DNA from: Macrostomum lignano
Taxonomy: Eukaryota
Assembly: GCA_002269645.1 (NCBI GenBank)
Contig: NIVC01000177.1
Location: forward strand, 398,810-462,809
DNA: 64,000 bases
Direction: 5' to 3'
The first letter of the stretch is position 1, and every line of letters begins with the position of its first letter. A program made the position numbers and the translations under genes. This document shows, piece after piece, positions 60,495-64,000 of the stretch. The notes under the pieces were generated by a model, which made no database searches, had not been told where the DNA came from, and saw only the letters and a program-made list of their open reading frames with translations.

Positions 60495-60810
60495 GGGGCT
60501 GTGTGTACCCTGACGCACTTTAAGCGACATTGTCACACAACCGGCGAGAGTCATTACTGCCCATTTCGCCGATTCCCCTGAGCAGGCATACAAGCTCGCG
60601 ATGCGCACGCAGTCATACGCACAGGCACACACTCACACAGGAGTGCACAGCAGCCCTAACTTCATTTATTGTTAGGCATGTACACTTCACTATGCCTTGT
60701 GAGTTGGCCCTCAATGACGTTAATTACACGAGCAGAGCCAAGCCGAAATTCCAATTTAGCTCCAAAAATGTGACTGCACTTGTGAATCGAGACTGGGCTG
60801 CTGGCACTGC
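60495..60810 (-). mobile_element. tRNA-derived SINE, 5'-degenerate copy
   Basis: Aligns over about 300 bp to 16440-16745 (GCACTTTAAGCGACA..CACAACCGGCGAGAG.CATTACTGCCCATT...). Confidence 0.85.
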
Positions 60811-61099
60811 CAGGACCTCAGCGCCAATGAAGCTGCTCAGCAAGTCCTCCCGCCATCACGCCAATCACGGAACAAAAAGATACCCTTTGAAGTGCGCCTT
60901 GCATAGTGAAAACAGGCGACAATGTCTCTTAAGCTATCATCCTGAAAGTGCACAAAGTGCATGACATTTGCAAGGGGTCTTGGATGCAACAGTCCCGGCC
61001 GTTAAATGTGTTAAATTGGGTTTCCAATTAAAAGGAGCAATGAACTGACCTACCAACTAGTGTCTCTTTGTTGTCAATATCGAAGTAATAGCCTATTAA

Positions 61100-62104
61100 A
61101 AGGACAATGATGCAACTGGGGATCGCACGTCCTTCTTTACTAACTCATTCAAGCAATCCCCAGACTAACCTTCAAGCAATCCCCAGACTAACCTTCAAGC
61201 GATCCACAGACTAGCCTTCAAGCGATCCACAGACTAACCTTCAAGCGATCCCCAGACTAACCTTCAAGCGAGCCCCAGACTAACTTTCAACCAATCCACA
61301 GACTATCAAGCGATCCCCAGACTAACCTTCAAGCAATCCCCAGACTAACCTTCAAGCGAGCCCCAGCCTAACCTTCAACCAATCCACAGACTAGCCTTCA
61401 AGCGATCCCCAGACTAACCTTCAAGCAATCCCCAGACTAACCTTCAAGCAATCCCCAGACTAACCTTCAAGCAATCCCCAGACTAACCTTCAAGCAATCC
61501 CCAGACTAACATTCAAGCGAGCCCCAGACTAACCTTCAAGCGATCCCCAGACTAACCTTCAAGCAATCCCCAGAATAACCTTCAAGCAATCCCCAGACTA
61601 ACCTTCAAGCAATCCCCAGACTAACCTTCAAGCAATCCCAGAATAACCTTCAAGCAATCCCCAGACTAACCTTCAAGCAATCCCAGACTAACCTTCAAGC
61701 GATCCCCAGACTAACCTTCAAGTGATCCCCAGACTAGCCTTCAAGTGATCCCTACACTAACTAACCTTCAAGCGATCCACAGACTAACCTTCAAGCGAAT
61801 CGGAGTTGATTAAACGCTCATAAGAGCAAAGCGTGACTATGTCAGGGGCAGATGAAAGCTGGTACATGTAGCTCGTAGATGCAGCTATATCAAGTATCAC
61901 AAAGTCAAAGGTTAGTGTTGGCGCCAGCGTTCTTGATAGCTATAGCTTTTAAACTTCGTTTTACAACCTAAATCTGACAAATCTGACAATAAATTAATCG
62001 TGGTAATTACGACATATGAAATTTTAAATATTTTAAAGTCTGGGGATTGCTTGAATGAGTTAGTGAAGGAAGGACGTGCGATCCCCAGTTGCATCATTGT
62101 CCCT
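61100..62104. mobile_element. Non-autonomous Kolobok/T2-MITE-like DNA transposon (about 1 kb), TTAA target duplication, TIRs of about 68 bp
   Basis: TTAA|AAGGACAATGATGCAACTGGGGATCGCACGTCCTTC..CAAGCAATCCCCAGACT (61100-61166) is the inverted match of 62037-62104 ending ...CATTGTCCCT|TTAA. Confidence 0.85.
61148..61798. repeat. 23-bp tandem repeat, about 28 units, inside the MITE
   Basis: Unit TTCAAGC(A/G)ATCCCCAGACTAACC. The first unit is the inner end of the left TIR. Confidence 0.96.
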
Positions 62105-64000
62105 TTAATCGGCTTTAAACCAACTGTTTTTACGATTGCACGATGCAAAACTTTGTTTTAGATTGTTTTCGCTATCAACCCGTTTGTATTGCTAAAGTCT
62201 ATGCATTTGCCAGCAAGGATAGAGCCTGTGTCAGTTCGGAATTTCAACCTTTGCCAACCGGTTTGTTGTCAGCCTTCTCTCATGACACAAAAAACTGCAG
62301 AAATTTTTCTCTCTTCGACTGGATACTATCCGAAAAATAGTTGCATACTAGATGACAAAAATAGTTTAGAAGAAAGCATCTATGCTTCCTAACCCTCGTT
62401 TTGCAGTATGTTAATAAAAAAGTGTTCTGAAAACGCCACTAGCTGTACGATATTATGAAGCAGAATGTATGCGCACGAGCTGTGCAGACACAAGAAACGG
62501 CTGAAAGTTCCTTTTTTGTTTTTTATTTAAATCTACCCTGTCTGCAGGGTACTGGCAGACTGGCCAGTACCCTAGGAAGGAAACTGGCAGGGGTATACTC
62601 GTATTATACTGCAATTGTCTCTTAGACTGCACTGTCTATATATAATTTTCAACCATTATAGAACTAGCATAATAAGAATATGTAATTACATGTACTTGTA
62701 TTCGGATTGGCTCTTCTCCAACTGCTGCATGAACTCGATATGCATGTAAAATCTGAGATGGAGTTTAAATCTGACCTGCTAAATTCAAGCCTGATATTGT
62801 AATGGACATTATGTATCCTGTGCGACAACATTATCACAATATAAGTTAATTTAGTGCTTCAATTATGCTAGCACGACTCAGCGGGTATGATGTTGCCCCA
62901 GGCGTCAGTCAGTCACTTGCGCGGTGATAAGCATGCAGCCCATAATCAAACGAAGCTTGCTTTCTGGTTCACAAGGACAGGTAGTGCTGCTGGAAGAAGA
63001 CTTCAGCCTCATCAGGCATTGTGGTGAAGGGCGTTGTCCGCGCAGAATAGGGAATCTAGCTACTGCTTCAGATACTCTAACGGCCTCGTTGCTCCTGGAT
63101 GTGTGCAAATGTATTTAGTACATGTTGAAGGCCCAAGTTCTCTCTGTGAAGTGTCTGCATTGTTCTCCGTTGATGAACATTGCAGCTTGAGATCCAGGCT
63201 CTATGTACGAGTTGGACATAGCCAACAAGAAGATTCAAGTCCATTTAGACTTAACTTGTACATGTACGTCATTCCGCGTGACACCACGGCATGGTTGTAC
63301 ATATTTTCATCAAGTTGTACCTCGTTAGGATTTCGTTTTGGGTTATAGGGTTAGGATATTAGAGTTAGGGTTCATAGGATAGAGTTTAGGCTAAGCACAC
63401 GTAGCTATAGTAGGGTTTGGTTTGACAGTCAACTCGCGGCTGTCAGATGTCGCAGACTCAGTGGAGTGGTTCGATGGCTTAATTCTGTAGATGCTATTAC
63501 GGTCGTACTCTTGATTCCAAAAGTAAGTAGACCACGATTTATCGTTCAATATCTGTAATGTTTATTAGCTAAATACAGCTTTTCATAGTCTTCTATTGGC
63601 TATCGAATGTAGATCTGCATCTGCGCCAGAAATATTTAATGACGCTAGCTACAAACTGTTCGATTGTTGACCTGCCCGAGACCTACTGAGCTGTTTTTGC
63701 CATCGCTCAGGCTGCAGCTATTTTTTGCGTAGAACGCTTGTTTTTTCAGGAAATTGTCTACGGAGCAGTAGGAGCAGTAATTGTGCGTTCATATTCGAGC
63801 AGGGTTTTTTTAAGACAGCCTGTCCTCCGCAGGCACGCAATGACTGTACAGTTCCGTGCATGCACAAGAGAGATTAATAGCTAGTGTCTGTCGTGATGTG
63901 CTCAGGTGTGCTCAGGTTTATTATATAGGCTCTCCAACGCATTGCTACGCATACTTAATGATAAATATATGCAGGAAGCGAAAAATAAATTCTGCAATAA

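Noticed and set aside
62985-63020. CTGATGA on the - strand as a second hammerhead
   Set aside because: No stem II or GAAA at the right spacing.
63330-63420. Telomeric (TTAGGG)-like sequence
   Set aside because: Only a few degenerate units; not an array.

Overview
Eukaryotic (metazoan) genomic DNA. GC-rich short exons, introns filled with private minisatellites, tRNA-derived SINEs and MITEs resemble a free-living flatworm such as Macrostomum; this taxon guess is inference only. There is no CRISPR array and no prokaryotic signal. Spliced gene models built by hand from GT/AG sites with consistent phases: (1) a GRD/CG8916-like GABA-gated Cys-loop channel on the minus strand (6046-10120), with a near-identical inverted (tail-to-tail) copy whose 3' end is at 1-288; the two are separated by 57-bp tandem arrays derived from the gene's own last codons and stop; (2) an anion-selective GluCl/GlyR-like Cys-loop channel (-, 14858-22479); (3) an ARM/HEAT-like helical protein (+, 23129-25665); (4) a 423-aa uncharacterised protein with a possible LINE-ORF1p/ZCCHC3-type RRM (-, 28451-31157); (5) a single-exon hypothetical ORF (-, 31676-32314); (6) a secreted fibrinogen-related protein (+, 33649-34857); (7) a complete 10-exon ERCC6/CSB (+, 40397-53289) with a different satellite in each intron; (8) a multiple-cysteine-cluster Toll-like receptor with two TIR/SEFIR-like cytoplasmic domains, carrying a frameshift and a stop just before the TM helix (+, 55276-60117). 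Mobile elements: a tRNA-SINE family (4 copies, one full-length with a 14-bp TSD), two small TIR MITEs, a Kolobok/T2-like MITE whose TIR seeded a satellite, and a Penelope-like remnant with a GIY-YIG motif and a degenerate hammerhead ribozyme. Repeat copy numbers are approximate hand counts.
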